Below are positions 61,859 through 64,000 of a stretch of DNA of 64,000 nucleotides, one piece after another (position 1 is the stretch's first letter; each line of letters opens with the position of its first letter). This stretch comes from an uncultured Acidobacteriota bacterium (GTDB lineage: Bacteria > Acidobacteriota > Vicinamibacteria > Vicinamibacterales > CAVVIG01). The stretch covers positions 49,261 through 113,260 of the forward strand of contig CAVQJU010000014.1 of assembly GCA_963712905.1 (NCBI GenBank). The letters are read 5' to 3'. Position numbers and translations under genes: made by a program. Below the pieces are notes generated by a model. That model saw only the letters and a program-made list of their open reading frames with translations. It was not told the DNA's origin and made no database searches.

Positions 61859-64000
61859 GGGCGCGTCTCGATCCAGCAGCCGAGGAAACGCGTGTCGGTG
61901 CTCCCGCGCTCGAACTCGGCCGGCGTGGCGCCGTGCGCGGCCGTCACGCGCACCTTCAGCGCTCGCGAACCAGGAAGGAACGGAAGCGTCGTCATCCGTT
62001 CTTCGCCGGGAGCGAGGACGAAGTATTGCCGCCACCCGTCGCCTTCGAGCGTCACGACGTTCGGCACCGGCGGGTTTCGCACCAGCAGGCGCACGGGTGC
62101 GGCGCCATCGGCGCTGATGACGAAATCGGCGGACCGTCCGCCTTCGATCCACGTGCCGCCGGGCTCCATGAATCCCTGGCCCTTCACGAGAAAGACGACA
62201 GCAGGACCGTATCGCGCGACATGCTCCGGAAAATTGGCCGCGAGTTGTTGATTCGAGCCGGCGATGCTGACGGGCCGGACAAGCAGACGGCCGGCCGCCG
62301 CCTTGATCGCCAGCGCACGCACGGGTACCGGGAGGCTGAATTCCCGGCGCCACGCGGCGGGCGAAGTGTCGAGTGGCGCGAGCGGCCCGATGGGAAACGT
62401 CCACTGCGGGCCGAACTCGCCGTCCACGGTGACGGTCAGCGGCGTTGGCCCTGTGGCCGCGGCGCCCGTGCCTTCGATGCTGTAGACGCCAGCCGGCAGG
62501 CGGAACAGCGTGATGGCTGGTTCGGGCGACGCAGGGTCGGCGCCTGCTTCGGCCAGCGTGAGGTTCGCCAGTACGTCGCGGGCGCGCACGCGGCGGATCG
62601 GACTGTACCGAATCGCGATCTGCCGGGCGTCGGGGTCGTACTGCCGGAGGAACGCCGCAGTGGCCGCCGCCGGCGTCATCGCAGATCGATTCTTCCACAC
62701 GATCGACAGCGCGATCGCTGAAGTGGCGATGGCGGCAAACCCCATCGAGAGGGCGACCAGGGTTCGCGCGGCGCCACGGCGTTCGGCGAACATCCCCGAG
62801 GCCGCCGTCAGCGCGATCGCCGCGATCCACACCAGGCCGTGCAGGAAGGCGGCACTCGGCGTTGTCTGAAAGACGCTCGGGAAACCGCTGGTGACGTTCA
62901 CGAGCGGGGACAGCCACGTGAGCAGGCGCGAGGATCCGTCTCGAAAGTTGTAGAGCAGGATGCCACGGTCGACGCCGGCGAGCGTGACGGTCGTCAGCAG
63001 GCTGACCGCGAGCGCGCCGAGGCCGAGGAGTCTGCCGGTTTGACCGCGGCGGGTCTGGAACCAGACGCCCGCCGGAATCGCCAGCGGCAGCAGGATCGGG
63101 ACGATGAAGCGCCCGGGCGAGCTGTTGCCGCCCCACCACATCTGATACGTGCTCACCACGAGACCATATGGCGTCACGAGCAGCAGAAGCGCCGCCGCCA
63201 GACGCGGCGATCGCCGCATGAGCACGACGAGTCCGGCGAGCGCGCACAGGAGCACCGGCGCCGCCGGAAGCACGCCGAACTGCTGATCGAAGAGCAATCC
63301 GACGATCCCGCGGCCGAGGCTGGCGAGATCGCTCTGCGTGGTGCCGCCGTACGGGCCCCGCGGATCGGGAGATCCGTAGATCGCGTAGAAAAACGCGAAC
63401 CAGCCGGCCGCGCTGAGCAGAGGCACCGACAGCAGCGCGGTCACGCGGCGAGGGGAGGCGAGGCGCACGCACAGCAGCAGGCCGAGCACGACGGCGGCCG
63501 CGGCGTAGCGTGTGTGCAGCCATGGCAGCAGGGCCAGAGCGGCGCCCGTCGCGACGATCCGCCTGGTCGACAGCGGCCGGTCATCGACCAGCGCCAGCAC
63601 GCCGACCATGACGAGCGCGGCGCCGGGCGCGTCCGGGTACACCACGAACGATTGGAAGAAGAACGGCGCGCTCAACGCCGCCGTCGCCCAGCCGAACCAG
63701 CTGGCCGCAGCGTCCGACGTGACACGCCACGTGGCCATCCACGTCAACGCCGTCGCGCACGCGCTGACGAGCGCGAGGAACGCCAGCACGCCGGGGTAGC
63801 CGAACAGGGCCAGCGCCGGGGCGACGAGGACGGACAGGCCCGGCGCGTGCACGGAGTAGATTTCGCCGTTCTGGCCGCGCCTGAGGTAGTCGGGTCTCAG
63901 GTCGCCCCCGTAGTACTCGCGATAGTCGCCGCGGCGGTGGTTGTTCTCGATTTGCAGGTCGTGATCCTTGAGGAGGCTCTGCGCGATGACGAGGTAGTGC
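61855..64000 (-). CDS. GT-C-type polytopic membrane glycosyltransferase-like protein with large C-terminal periplasmic domain (5' end outside window)
   Basis: The frame stays open upstream of track start 63852 to the window edge (HYLVIAQSLLKDHDLQIENN...GEIYSVHAPGLSVLVAP). That text resembles the first loop of ArnT/PMT_2-type enzymes, and many TM segments follow. Confidence 0.6.
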   Translation of the reverse strand, partial: HYLVIAQSLLKDHDLQIENNHRRGDYREYYGGDLRPDYLRRGQNGEIYSVHAPGLSVLVAPALALFGYPGVLAFLALVSACATALTWMATWRVTSDAAASWFGWATAALSAPFFFQSFVVYPDAPGAALVMVGVLALVDDRPLSTRRIVATGAALALLPWLHTRYAAAAVVLGLLLCVRLASPRRVTALLSVPLLSAAGWFAFFYAIYGSPDPRGPYGGTTQSDLASLGRGIVGLLFDQQFGVLPAAPVLLCALAGLVVLMRRSPRLAAALLLLVTPYGLVVSTYQMWWGGNSSPGRFIVPILLPLAIPAGVWFQTRRGQTGRLLGLGALAVSLLTTVTLAGVDRGILLYNFRDGSSRLLTWLSPLVNVTSGFPSVFQTTPSAAFLHGLVWIAAIALTAASGMFAERRGAARTLVALSMGFAAIATSAIALSIVWKNRSAMTPAAATAAFLRQYDPDARQIAIRYSPIRRVRARDVLANLTLAEAGADPASPEPAITLFRLPAGVYSIEGTGAAATGPTPLTVTVDGEFGPQWTFPIGPLAPLDTSPAAWRREFSLPVPVRALAIKAAAGRLLVRPVSIAGSNQQLAANFPEHVARYGPAVVFLVKGQGFMEPGGTWIEGGRSADFVISADGAAPVRLLVRNPPVPNVVTLEGDGWRQYFVLAPGEERMTTLPFLPGSRALKVRVTAAHGATPAEFERGSTDTRFLGCWIETRP

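Noticed and set aside
61859-63523. N-terminal two thirds of the 1047-aa track ORF 60380..63523
   Set aside because: This part overlaps gene 61855..>64000 out of frame and reads as Arg/Pro/Ala-rich noise. Membrane-protein text begins only near 61858.

Overview
GC-rich bacterial chromosomal segment. Gene content, PEGA and CarboxypepD_reg proteins and the pervasive short intergenic repeats suggest an Acidobacteriota-like organism, but that is inference only. Most of the window is housekeeping: rsmE fragment, prmA-dnaJ-grpE-hrcA with a CIRCE operator, PBP1A, bshC, carAB, comEC, mazG, ribF, cysS, tRNA-Gly and tRNA-Cys, folD, an L,D-transpeptidase/M23 pair, a DEAD-box helicase with csp, and a general-stress cluster. 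The strongest candidate for an undescribed system is a minus-strand cluster at about 56.7-64.0 kb. It holds two GT-C-type polytopic glycosyltransferase-like proteins and then a Dlt-like MBOAT acylation module. That module comprises an unannotated 52-aa membrane peptide ending in FVYARF (a DltX-type FxYxxF acyl-shuttle motif), an MBOAT, an acyl carrier protein, an LnmK-like double hot-dog protein where a DltA-type ligase would be expected, and an anchored SGNH hydrolase. Other notable signals are three repeat systems. First, GTAG-headed REP/REPIN-like hairpins. Second, CACGAAG-heptad inverted repeats, one pair of which brackets a decayed GxxExxY nuclease-like gene. Third, 7-nt and 9-nt tandem arrays, some inserted in frame inside CDSs. 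The window also contains a catalytically degenerate Ser/Thr kinase fused to PEGA domains, a decayed Ku gene, and a small low-GC islet with an IS3 remnant next to tRNA-Cys. Frameshift-type disruptions are seen in cysS, the histidine kinase, the helicase and the GxxExxY gene, with further candidates at about 38.6-39.0 kb; Ku carries a deletion. These may be assembly indels rather than biology. All calls come from reading the translations and sequence by eye; no searches were run.
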